IMG/VR virus record: IMGVR_UViG_3300016472_000923
Source: a virus
Length of the DNA stretch: 64,000 nt
Strand: one strand, 5' to 3'
The position numbers and the translations under genes were made by a program. This document shows positions 55,297-64,000 of the stretch, piece by piece; position 1 is the first letter of the stretch, and every line of letters begins with the position of its first letter. The notes below the pieces were generated by a model. It saw nothing but the letters and a program-made list of their open reading frames with translations. It had not been told where the DNA came from and made no database searches.

Positions 55297-57696
55297 TTAT
55301 GCCCCGCGCATCATAGAACCATTGAACCAGGAAATTGTTCCTGTTCCTGCATTTTGTACAGTTCTATTGGCTCCACTGGTTTGTTGTGCATATATTTCAA
55401 AATAATCACCCGTGCCGTTAGCATATACCAAACAACTGATGTTCATGGTCCAGAAATCGTTGGCAAATGCTGTGCCAGATTGATTCCATGATCTCCGGAA
55501 TGCTGCACCGTTCTTGTAGACCACGATCATACACTCGCCAGTCCCGGGACCGCCACCGTCCATACGGATGGCCGAATTGAGTTGATAGTATCCTTCGACT
55601 GTGGGAGTGAATGTTGAACTGGCAAAATTACTATTGGTGTCAAAATCTTCTGTCCCAAATAATACTTTCTGCAGTGACCCGGATGTGATAGTTTGTGCTG
55701 TACCCGAACTGGGATAAGCCGAAAATGCTGGCCCATTGACTGCTTGTTTTCCCGCAACAGATATTGGACCTGTTACACTCAACCCACCAGAGTTAGTCAA
55801 GCTCAATATAACACTGCTGTAGGCACTGTCCACAACTTCCAATCCGCCAGTACTGGTCAAGCGGAATGTCTTGTTGGGATTGGTAGCTCCGCCGGAAGAG
55901 TTTGTGGCTTTTAGGAAGTCTGCGTAGCCTGTGCCGCCTTGGGTGTTGGCTGCGCTGACTTGGATACCGGAACCTATGGCCGTTGCCGGAGCATAGGCAA
56001 TGATGGCCTGTCCGCTGCTAATAAGATTTCCAGCCGTTATGTTGCCAGTGGTAGTGATCACTGCATTAGCGGTCAGTATATTGCCATTGATTGAGTTGAC
56101 GATAAAGTTATCATTGCTGACAAAACCTTCAATGTAAAAACTACCAAGGTCATAACTTTCTGTCACTGCAGCGGTCACGCTGCCTAGGTCTTCGGACACT
56201 GTCACTGCTTCGGTGACCAGCCCCATGTCGCCGCCAGTGGCAAAAATACTTTCACTGCCTACAGATGATATGGTAATAGTGTTATTGGCAGCATCAGTGG
56301 TGATAGCTATGCCCGATCCCTCGGCTAAGGTCAGAGTATCACTAGTGTTATCCGCGCTGACTGTTGTTTCTCCTGAAACTGCGATGTTACCAAAGGCATT
56401 GATTCCCGTAAGTTGGCTACCGTTGCCAAGTATATAGGACCCTGTAACATTGCCACTGGCTGTAACGGTAGTGGCAGTGACAGCACCATTAGATACTAAA
56501 TTCCCACCCGACACATTGCCGGTGGCATTTACAGTACCAGCTGTGGATAAATTGCCAACCGTAGCTGTACCTGTGGCAGTTATGGTAGTGGCAATGACAG
56601 TGGAATTGGATATTAGGTTACCACCCGAGATGTTGCCTGTGGCATTGACAGTACCTGCTGTACTGACATTACCAAATATACCCGTACCAGTAGTGGTAAT
56701 GTTAGTAGCAGTGACGGTAGCATTGGATACCAGATTACCACCTGAGATGTTGCCCGTGGCATTGATAGCACCAGTGGCAGATATATCAGTTGTGTTGACA
56801 GTGGTCACTGTCAGCGAAGTACCAGTGATAGTGCCGTTGGATGTCAGATTGCCACCCGAAATATTGCCAGTGGCATTGACAGTACCCGATGTGCTGACAT
56901 TGCCAAATGTGCCTGTACCTGTGGTAGTGATCGTTGTACCGGTTATGGCCGAGTTGGACACAAGATTGCCACCCGAAATATTGCCAGTGGCATTGACAGT
57001 ACCCGATGTGCTGACATTGCCAGTGGCACTCACACGTCCTGTGACATCCAGGCCTGATGTGGAAAAAACTGCTATGTTGCCGGTACCACCTATGCCCACA
57101 GTGACATTGCCGCCTGAGCTGACAACATTGACGTTTGATGTACCGTTAGAGATACTGTTGAGGCTGATGCCAGTGACACCGATGGTCACTGTCTTTGATG
57201 TGTTGTTGCCGGTGATGGCGATGTTGTCGCCTGCGGTCAGCGTGACTGTTCCGCCTACAGCATTGGCCAATACTGCAGTTCCATTGGCATAGATATTGCC
57301 AAACGCATAGGCAGAGTTCTGTTCAAATACCAGAGCAGTGGTGCCGATGACGATAGGATTGTTGGTAGTCAGCTTCCATTGCGTGTCTTTGTACTCATCG
57401 CCTTCGGTGACCATGACGATCATGCCGGCCTGGATCTCGCCAGTCTCATTGCCGTCTGTGGTGCGCACCCAAGTGCCGTTGTTGCCCGCGCCCACGGTCT
57501 GCACATAATATAGACCGTTTTGGCTGCCAGTGCTCTGTCCAGCCACCAGCACCCGATCGTCCGCAACCAAGCTCACACCATCCACAGTGGCCGGGGCCCC
57601 ACCTGCCAGTGTGATGTTGCTCAGTGTGATCACACGCACCGCTTGCTTGTAGTCGATGTCGGAGATCTGCTCCGCCCTGATCCGCGTCAATCCCAT
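55297..57696 (-). CDS. Fibre protein with ~39-aa repeats and a C-terminal C1q-like domain
   Basis: RVLVAGQ..QNGLY; GNxxGGNL repeats; PAFSAY...FDT..F....FTPTVEGYY; start MGLTR with SD GGTGA. Confidence 0.8.
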   Translation of the reverse strand: MGLTRIRAEQISDIDYKQAVRVITLSNITLAGGAPATVDGVSLVADDRVLVAGQSTGSQNGLYYVQTVGAGNNGTWVRTTDGNETGEIQAGMIVMVTEGDEYKDTQWKLTTNNPIVIGTTALVFEQNSAYAFGNIYANGTAVLANAVGGTVTLTAGDNIAITGNNTSKTVTIGVTGISLNSISNGTSNVNVVSSGGNVTVGIGGTGNIAVFSTSGLDVTGRVSATGNVSTSGTVNATGNISGGNLVSNSAITGTTITTTGTGTFGNVSTSGTVNATGNISGGNLTSNGTITGTSLTVTTVNTTDISATGAINATGNISGGNLVSNATVTATNITTTGTGIFGNVSTAGTVNATGNISGGNLISNSTVIATTITATGTATVGNLSTAGTVNATGNVSGGNLVSNGAVTATTVTASGNVTGSYILGNGSQLTGINAFGNIAVSGETTVSADNTSDTLTLAEGSGIAITTDAANNTITISSVGSESIFATGGDMGLVTEAVTVSEDLGSVTAAVTESYDLGSFYIEGFVSNDNFIVNSINGNILTANAVITTTGNITAGNLISSGQAIIAYAPATAIGSGIQVSAANTQGGTGYADFLKATNSSGGATNPNKTFRLTSTGGLEVVDSAYSSVILSLTNSGGLSVTGPISVAGKQAVNGPAFSAYPSSGTAQTITSGSLQKVLFGTEDFDTNSNFASSTFTPTVEGYYQLNSAIRMDGGGPGTGECMIVVYKNGAAFRRSWNQSGTAFANDFWTMNISCLVYANGTGDYFEIYAQQTSGANRTVQNAGTGTISWFNGSMMRGA
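56440..57030 (-). repeat. About five tandem ~117-bp (39-aa) coding repeats
   Basis: Near-identical units, e.g. at 56851 and 56968 (117 bp apart). Confidence 0.8.
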
Positions 57697-57717
57697 GAGT
57701 TCACCATAATCATGCAA

Positions 57718-57756
57718 TATTTAGCCAAAAAAATAGGGCACAGCAGTGCCCTATTT
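57718..57756 (-). terminator. Rho-independent terminator followed by late promoter TAAATA
   Basis: AAATAGGGCAC/GTGCCCTATTT stem with T-run; TAAATA at 57718-57723. Confidence 0.85.
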
Positions 57757-57770
57757 GCTGCTCCATGAGC

Positions 57771-60700
57771 TTACAGCCTTCCCACTACCACTTCGATCAT
57801 GCCATCTGCGCCGTCAAAGTCGGCCAGGGCCTTGCCTATGATGGATCCTGTGATGGGATCTGTTTCTGCACGGGCACGGCCATCTCCGGTGGCTACCAAC
57901 ATGTCGCCTTTGCGTATGGTCCCTGTGACGCGGGTGGGCACGCGACCTGTCAGAGCTACTGCCACGACATAGTCTCCAGACAGACCTGCATTCATGATAT
58001 AGCTGGGATTGGTGGAAACCACGCCTGCGATTCTACGGCATGCATCAGTGCTGCATGTTGTGACTTCTTTGGCGCCACCAAAACACACCACTGTACCGGG
58101 TTCAATGATCGAATCGGCTTCGTACATCTCTGCTAGGTCGGCATATTGGGCCGAGGTAGCCGTGGCAAATATGGTGTTGAAATACCCAGTTGAGCTACCG
58201 ATATTTCCAGTTCCATTGGCGTTGCCGTTTAGGAAGTTGCCTGTGAGCACAAATGCGTTGCTGCCATCACCTTCGAAAGTCGCCGATCCGCTGGACAGAC
58301 CGGTCACTGTGGTTGTAGTGGTCAATATACGAGCATCAATCACATCACTGACTTCAGGTGCTTCGGTGAACACCAAGCTGTTGCCCGACACACTGTAAGC
58401 CGTGGTCGGGATCTGCACGATACCGTTGATTGAAACTATGGTGCCTGCCGTGGTTGAATCTTGGCTCAGCGTGAATGTGTTGGCCACGCCGTTGCCAACA
58501 AACGAGTCGGCCACGATCACAGTGAATGTGGTACCAGCTGATGTCCAAGAATCGTTGTCGTAATACTCCAGACTATCAGTGGTTGTATTGAAACGGAGCA
58601 TGCCGGTGACGCCGGTACTGGGTCGCTGAGCCGTGTTGCCCACAGCGATCAACACAGATGTGGTGGCTCCCACAGCCAAAGCAGCATTGGCGGTATTGGC
58701 GCTGTTGACCAGGGCATTGCCAATGATGGTCTTGCCTACTATGTTGCCTGTGCCAGAAACTTCAAGATTGCCCAAGGTACCTGTGGTAGTCACGGTCAGC
58801 GCACCGTTGCTGTTCAAATTACCACCTGCGATGTTGCCAGTGGCATTGACAGTGCCTGCTGTAGACAGATTGCCCACAGTAGCTGTGCCTGTGGTTGTCA
58901 GTGTAGTACCGGTGATAGTGCTATTAGAATTCAAGTTACCGCCGGTGATATTACCAGTGGAGTTGACAGTACCAGTGATTGATGCATTACCCACTGTCAT
59001 CAAATTAGTTGATTTATCAAATGTAAAGCTTGATGAAGCTCCTAATAAATCGCCGTCGTTGAACTGTACCTGTGTATTTGCTCCAGCAGCATCAATGTTG
59101 CCAGAAATGTTACCAATGAAGTTTGCTGCAGTGACGTTACCGGTGAATACTGCTCCTGTGCCCGTGACATTGGCCGTGGCATTGATATTGCCACCATTGA
59201 TGTTGCCTGTGGTACTGATTGTGCCTGATGTTGCACTGATAGCACCAGTTGTTGTCAACGTGGTACCAGTGATAGCGGCGTTGGATACTATATTGCCACC
59301 TGATACATTGCCGGTGGCGTTGACTGTTCCAGTGGTGGAAACATTGCCAAATGTACCAGTGCCCGTAGTGGTTATAGTAGTACCGGTTATGGTACCATTG
59401 CTGTTGAGATTACCACCTGTGATGTTTCCAGTGGCGTTGATTACACCTGAAATTGAAGCGTTACCGGCCGACACATTGCCAGTCAATACCAAACTGGTAC
59501 CAGTGGCAGCGCCAATGTTAGGAGTGACTAAATTAGCACCAGCCTTGACGATGATATTACCACCACCATCAAATGCTGTGGTATCATTGTCAACTTTGGC
59601 AGAAAAAACCGTTCCTGTCAACAATATACCAGCTGCTGTATTTGCTGTGTATGTCTGGCTGGAAGAAAACTGGGCAAACTCAATGTTAGAAGTTCCAAAG
59701 GTTATGGTCCCAGTGGGAGCGTCAACCACCCAGGCAGATCCTTTGTTGACATTACCGGATGTGACGAAGAAGTAGTCATTGTAACTGAGTTGGGTAGTGC
59801 TGTTGGCTCCGTACTCATCAGCATCTGTGGTGCGGATGATAGCCGTGGCGTTGGCCCAGTAGTAAATACCGTTGAGCGCAGCATTGCCTTCGTTCTTGAC
59901 CAAAATACGAGTATTCGCTGTTTGCACATTGGCATCATCGATTAGATTAAAAGACCCAGTGGTTGAGATAGTACCACCAATGCCGTTGGCAGCACCATTG
60001 GGCTGTGTATAAGTGATGGTGCCACCTGTGGTAGCAGCAAGAGTAGTAGTGGTAGCAGCTACCACCGATTGGTGATAGGTAAGTCCGGTTGCGACCATGG
60101 TGTCTACATAGACCTTGCTGGCAGCATCTGTATCTTGTGTAGGATAACCAAGATTATTGATCCACTGGTTGTTCATCACGATGTTGCCAGATCCATCCCA
60201 TTGCATTACGCCACTGGCAGAATTTAGGATAAGATCGCCTGATGTAGTGGTCACTGTTCCGGTATTCACTATGGCAGCAGTAACATTGCCCGTGGCTGTG
60301 ACTTGACCTGAGGTGCTTAAATTACCAACCGAAGCGTTGCCTGATGTGGTCAGTGTGGTGCCAGTGATAGCAGAGTTAGATACTATATTGCCGCCTGATA
60401 CATTGCCAGTGGCATTTACAGTACCGGTGGTAGATACATTACCAAAAGTACCAGTACCAGTTGTGGTTATCGTCGTTCCGGTGATAGTCCCGTTGCTGTT
60501 GAGATTACCACCTGTAATATTGCCAGTGGCATTGACTGTACCAGTTGTAGATAAATTACCTACCGTAGCGGTGCCCGTAGTGGTTATAGTAGTACCGGTT
60601 ATGGTACCATTGCTGTTGAGATTACCACCTGAGATATTACCTGTGGCATTGACCGTGCCTGCGGTGGATAAATTTCCAACTGTGGCAGTAGTCGTCACAG

Positions 60701-61490
60701 TGGCAGATCCATTGGATGTCAAATTGCCGCCTGACACATTACCAGTAGCGTTTACAGTACCTGCTGTAGATAAGTTACCAACAGTAGCTGTGCCTGTGGT
60801 TGTCAGTGTAGTACCGGTGATAGCGCTGTTAGAATTTAAGTTACCACCAGTTATGTTACCGGTAGCGCTGACCGTTCCAGATGTGGATACATTACCAACC
60901 GTGGCCGTGCCTGTGGTTGTCAGTGTGGTGCCAGTGATAGCAGCGTTGGAATTCAAGTTGCCACCTGTGATGTTGCCAGTAGCATTGATCTGCCCTGTGA
61001 CAGAAATGTTGCCAATAGAGACATTGGCAACAGTTGTGGTACCAATCACGGTCAAGTTACCAGCCACATTGGCATCAAAGGTATGGAAGTTGGCGTAACT
61101 GGTGACATTCAGTGTAGTGTTGCTGACCACGGTGTTGGTAAACACAGTAGCAAATTCATCGTTGGCTTCTATCCAAGCAAAAGCGATATTGTCAGATGAG
61201 CCGCGCTCGCCTATGAAACCTATGTCAAATGTGGGGCTGCCAGTCTGATCTTTGGCTAAAAGCAGCAGAGGATCCTCGATCACAACGTTGTAAGTGTCAA
61301 TCGTGGTGGTGGTACCTTGCACGTCCAAGTTGCCCTGCACTGTGAGGTTACTGGCATAGGTGAGGTTGTTGGCTAATTTTCCTGCGGTAACAGAATAATC
61401 TTGTACTTTGGTACTGGCATTGATGCCAAGATAGGTATTACCTGCTGAGGAATCAGTTACCTGATTGTTTAGAATTCGGGTCAATGCCAT
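57771..61490 (-). CDS. Long fibre protein (1239 aa) with repeats and ADLAEMY C-terminal domain
   Basis: IEDPLLLL, GNITGGNL repeats, DAASKVYVD, RILVKNE..NGIY, YADLAEMY; TAAATA at 61523-61528. Confidence 0.82.
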   Translation of the reverse strand: MALTRILNNQVTDSSAGNTYLGINASTKVQDYSVTAGKLANNLTYASNLTVQGNLDVQGTTTTIDTYNVVIEDPLLLLAKDQTGSPTFDIGFIGERGSSDNIAFAWIEANDEFATVFTNTVVSNTTLNVTSYANFHTFDANVAGNLTVIGTTTVANVSIGNISVTGQINATGNITGGNLNSNAAITGTTLTTTGTATVGNVSTSGTVSATGNITGGNLNSNSAITGTTLTTTGTATVGNLSTAGTVNATGNVSGGNLTSNGSATVTTTATVGNLSTAGTVNATGNISGGNLNSNGTITGTTITTTGTATVGNLSTTGTVNATGNITGGNLNSNGTITGTTITTTGTGTFGNVSTTGTVNATGNVSGGNIVSNSAITGTTLTTSGNASVGNLSTSGQVTATGNVTAAIVNTGTVTTTSGDLILNSASGVMQWDGSGNIVMNNQWINNLGYPTQDTDAASKVYVDTMVATGLTYHQSVVAATTTTLAATTGGTITYTQPNGAANGIGGTISTTGSFNLIDDANVQTANTRILVKNEGNAALNGIYYWANATAIIRTTDADEYGANSTTQLSYNDYFFVTSGNVNKGSAWVVDAPTGTITFGTSNIEFAQFSSSQTYTANTAAGILLTGTVFSAKVDNDTTAFDGGGNIIVKAGANLVTPNIGAATGTSLVLTGNVSAGNASISGVINATGNITGGNLNSNGTITGTTITTTGTGTFGNVSTTGTVNATGNVSGGNIVSNAAITGTTLTTTGAISATSGTISTTGNINGGNINATANVTGTGAVFTGNVTAANFIGNISGNIDAAGANTQVQFNDGDLLGASSSFTFDKSTNLMTVGNASITGTVNSTGNITGGNLNSNSTITGTTLTTTGTATVGNLSTAGTVNATGNIAGGNLNSNGALTVTTTGTLGNLEVSGTGNIVGKTIIGNALVNSANTANAALAVGATTSVLIAVGNTAQRPSTGVTGMLRFNTTTDSLEYYDNDSWTSAGTTFTVIVADSFVGNGVANTFTLSQDSTTAGTIVSINGIVQIPTTAYSVSGNSLVFTEAPEVSDVIDARILTTTTTVTGLSSGSATFEGDGSNAFVLTGNFLNGNANGTGNIGSSTGYFNTIFATATSAQYADLAEMYEADSIIEPGTVVCFGGAKEVTTCSTDACRRIAGVVSTNPSYIMNAGLSGDYVVAVALTGRVPTRVTGTIRKGDMLVATGDGRARAETDPITGSIIGKALADFDGADGMIEVVVGRL
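60290..61000 (-). repeat. Tandem ~39-aa coding repeats in the long fibre gene
   Basis: About six GNx(S/T)GGN units; further copies at ~58800-59450. Confidence 0.8.
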
Positions 61491-61561
61491 GCTTTTTCTC
61501 CGGCCTCAAGGGCTATCAGAGTTATTTACCGTTTCTAAAAAAAACTATTGTATGGGTGTAT

Positions 61562-63160
61562 CTAAGTGCTGATGGTAGCACCAAGCGCAACACGCTTCCA
61601 TGCACCGCTGCTGTACACGGCTAGACAGGCATTACCGCTGTCACCATTGGTCACATATATCAGCTGCCCAGCAGCAGTATTTCCCAAAGCATTGGCCTGT
61701 GCTACGGAGTAGGAAGGCAGTTGTACGCTTAAGGTAGCAGCAAGATTTCCAACACCAGATTCATCAACGGATATGGCGTTGGTTCCAGCATCATTGGTTA
61801 TTTCGCTTATAGTAGCCACAGGAGAGATGAATCTCACCGTGACAGTGTCTGCCACAGCCGGTGGTTCTGCAAAAGTTATCACATTGCCTGTTACTGTATA
61901 AGCCACACCGGGCTGCTGCACCACACCATTGTTGACTACTATGATGCTGTTAGCGGTAGCAGTTTGTTCCAAAGTAAAAGTGTTGGCTACACTATTACCA
62001 TCTATGACCTGCGTGGTTATAGACCCAAAGGTGTTACCCACAGATATCCAATCTGTGCCAGTGTAGACTTCGGTGATTTCTGTAGCTGAATTGAATCGTA
62101 TAGTACCTGCAGCAGCATTTCCCGGGCGCTGGGCAGTATTGCCCGTGGGCAAAACCATGCCAGTGGCAGCATCTATGACCAGTAATCCATTGACCGCAGC
62201 GGTGGGCGTGATCGTGATGTTGGCAAAGGTACCGTCAGTGGTGATGGTGGTGTTGGCAAATACGAGATTTCCAGTGTTTGTGGCGATTTCATCGTCGACA
62301 TAACCTTTGGTAGCAGCGTCACTGTCGACCACGGGTGTAGCCAACCCATTGATATTGACCGAAGCAAGGATTATGTTGCCGGCACCTAAAATTTGGGTAG
62401 ATCCAATCACGGCATTGGCCGTGGTCTCAATGTTGCCCGTGGCTGAAATTCCGTCCTGGAAATATACATAGGCGTTGGCTGCGGAAGACACATTTTCAAC
62501 CACGAGGTCAGTGAAGTTGCCAGTGTTCGCTGAAACGGTGCCACTGGTGATATTTCCGTTGCCCACCGAGCCAACTGTCAATACCACATTGGCTGAATCA
62601 AATAGAAGATTGGCACTGGCACCAAAGTCACCATTGTCATTGTATTGTATTTGCCCCGACGATCCTGCCGGTTGTTGGAAATCAATGGGCGATCCGTTAG
62701 CATAAAGATAATTGTCAGACAGGATATTGCCTGCTGAAAGGTTGCCAGTGATGGTCAGTACTGTGCCATCCCAGGTGAGATCAGAGTCAGTGATAGCATA
62801 ACTGGCAGCGTTGGCAAACAACACGCCATTGGCAGTAGCGGTGCCAATGCGTAGATCTGTAACATTGGACAGATTGCCTTGGAATACATTGGCAAACAGA
62901 AAGTCTGCGTAACTGCCAGCGCTGCCTATATTGCCGCTGTAAACAGGGAGATAAGCAGCCACGTTAGCATTGCTGTAAGTGGCGCCTCCGGCCAGTGTGA
63001 CAAACTGTGTGCCATCAAAATACTCGATGGCAGTGCTGTCACTGTTATATCGTATCAGCCCGGATTCAGGAAATTCTGGACGAACCGCGGAATCGCCGCC
63101 AGGCAGCACAGCACCGGTGCTGCCACTGGGTATGCGGCGGTTTTTGACGAAATTTCCCAA
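61562..63160 (-). CDS. Fibre/virion structural protein
   Basis: Two P.G....RP....G.IR(F/Y)N modules, QIQYND, DAATKGYVD. Confidence 0.75.
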   Translation of the reverse strand: MGNFVKNRRIPSGSTGAVLPGGDSAVRPEFPESGLIRYNSDSTAIEYFDGTQFVTLAGGATYSNANVAAYLPVYSGNIGSAGSYADFLFANVFQGNLSNVTDLRIGTATANGVLFANAASYAITDSDLTWDGTVLTITGNLSAGNILSDNYLYANGSPIDFQQPAGSSGQIQYNDNGDFGASANLLFDSANVVLTVGSVGNGNITSGTVSANTGNFTDLVVENVSSAANAYVYFQDGISATGNIETTANAVIGSTQILGAGNIILASVNINGLATPVVDSDAATKGYVDDEIATNTGNLVFANTTITTDGTFANITITPTAAVNGLLVIDAATGMVLPTGNTAQRPGNAAAGTIRFNSATEITEVYTGTDWISVGNTFGSITTQVIDGNSVANTFTLEQTATANSIIVVNNGVVQQPGVAYTVTGNVITFAEPPAVADTVTVRFISPVATISEITNDAGTNAISVDESGVGNLAATLSVQLPSYSVAQANALGNTAAGQLIYVTNGDSGNACLAVYSSGAWKRVALGATIST

Positions 63161-63168
63161 GGACCACC

Positions 63169-63477
63169 TTAGATCGTGGTGTAACTGACTACAGCACCTA
63201 GGCTGGCACTGGAGTTGGCCTGCACTGTATCATTGGTGTCAAGCAGCAGTTTTTCACCAGCTTGGTAAAGTTGATAGGTATCACCGCCGGTGATCAGTAT
63301 GTTGGCCAGAATAATGGTCTGAGCATTAGCGGAACCGCCCGCGGGCACTGTCCAAACATTAGCCAGCACGTTTGAACCACTGCTATTGGTCAAAGTCAAC
63401 CAAGTGATAGCAGTACTGGATGCGCTGACATATATGTTTGCGGTACTGGATGAAACTGAAGCAGTCGTGATTGACAT
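63169..63477 (-). CDS. Small beta-sandwich virion protein
   Basis: 102 aa with EKLLLDTND; SD AAGGA. Confidence 0.6.
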   Translation of the reverse strand: MSITTASVSSSTANIYVSASSTAITWLTLTNSSGSNVLANVWTVPAGGSANAQTIILANILITGGDTYQLYQAGEKLLLDTNDTVQANSSASLGAVVSYTTI

Positions 63478-63486
63478 TTGTTGTCC

Positions 63487-64000
63487 TTAAAATATGATAC
63501 CAAAAACTATGGCCTTGCTTTTGCTGACCAACTCGTCCTGGGTGTTGTTGCTGTCAACGAAGTAAACGCCAGTGCCGCCAGATCCGGCAGCATCAGCATA
63601 GACTATGGTATTGCTGGCCACGTTGGCCGGCGTTGACGCCAGGTGGGCCAAGGTCAAGCGTCCATTGAGTCCCAGCGCATTGCCCACGGTATTGAATGTA
63701 AAAGCAGCCGAAGCTCCCAACACCGAGGCATTGTTGAACTGTATTTGGGTGTTGCTGCCCGCCGGTGTGGCGGTTATGTTAGCACCTTCTACTAGGATGT
63801 TGGCATAGCTTCCCGTGGCACCACTGTTGCCAGATGCTGTGTTAGAACTAACCTGCCAGACGTTAGCATTGCCATTGAACTGTATGGCCGCATAGGTAGG
63901 CAACACATTGCCTCCGCCTGTCTGCACAACCAAACCAAGATTTCCATAGCCCAGTGGGTTTCCCGGTCCAAGATTGTTTTCACCGGCCAAGATGAATGGT
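63487..64000 (-). CDS. Fibre-associated structural protein, 5' end outside the window
   Basis: Frame is open to the window edge (..PFILAGENN); has the AGSNTQIQFN module shared with the other fibres. Confidence 0.65.
   Translation of the reverse strand, partial: PFILAGENNLGPGNPLGYGNLGLVVQTGGGNVLPTYAAIQFNGNANVWQVSSNTASGNSGATGSYANILVEGANITATPAGSNTQIQFNNASVLGASAAFTFNTVGNALGLNGRLTLAHLASTPANVASNTIVYADAAGSGGTGVYFVDSNNTQDELVSKSKAIVFGIIF

Noticed and set aside
57697-57717. Upstream start extensions in the ORF track (also 1349, 1972, 8233, 28092, 34942, 47659, 48117, 50597, 50618)
   Set aside because: They run through promoters or upstream genes; downstream starts have a SD, stop-start overlap or promoter-consistent spacing.
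56440-61000. Repeats considered as a CRISPR array or DGR template/variable pair
   Set aside because: The repeats are in-frame coding units without unique spacers. No adenine-specific mismatch pattern was noticed and there is no reverse transcriptase in the window.
56450-61098. Long plus-strand V/P/L-rich ORFs (280, 380 and 261 aa)
   Set aside because: They are antisense mirrors of the G/N/T fibre repeats.
1-64000. Stop-codon reassignment; tRNA or rRNA genes
   Set aside because: Genes are full length and tightly packed under the standard code, with TAA, TAG and TGA all used as stops. No cloverleaf or rRNA-like sequence was seen in the short intergenic gaps (not scanned computationally).

Overview
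This 64-kb window comes from a large T4-related (myovirus-type, probably jumbo) dsDNA phage. It uses the standard genetic code and genes lie mostly on the minus strand. From left to right it holds: (1) a replication/recombination region (partial miniature DnaE-like gene, gp62-like clamp-loader subunit, UvsW, AAA+ ATPase, UvsY, UvsX, gp32 SSB) interleaved with accessory enzymes; (2) a ~15-kb, 20-gene glycosyltransferase/methyltransferase/nucleotidyltransferase locus; (3) a head/packaging region where the large terminase and a probable small terminase flank a cluster of putative capsid-internal proteins, including three paralogs (MRA[RK]EFxxE...SPVxxFxGYPR) alternating with a class I GATase and an Ntn hydrolase; (4) tail tube, sheath and neck genes plus nucleotide-metabolism genes; (5) modular fibre genes very rich in N-X-S/T sequons. 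Regulatory signals are unusually readable: near-consensus sigma70 promoters and about 15 T4-like late promoters (TAAATA), many only 4-7 nt before a start codon with no Shine-Dalgarno. The main hypotheses are a late-expressed virion glycosylation system, a capsid-packaged GYPR-tail protein/amidohydrolase cassette, a thumb-less mini-DnaE, leaderless late translation and an RBS-occluding hairpin timing switch. All calls come from motif recognition by eye; no database searches were run.
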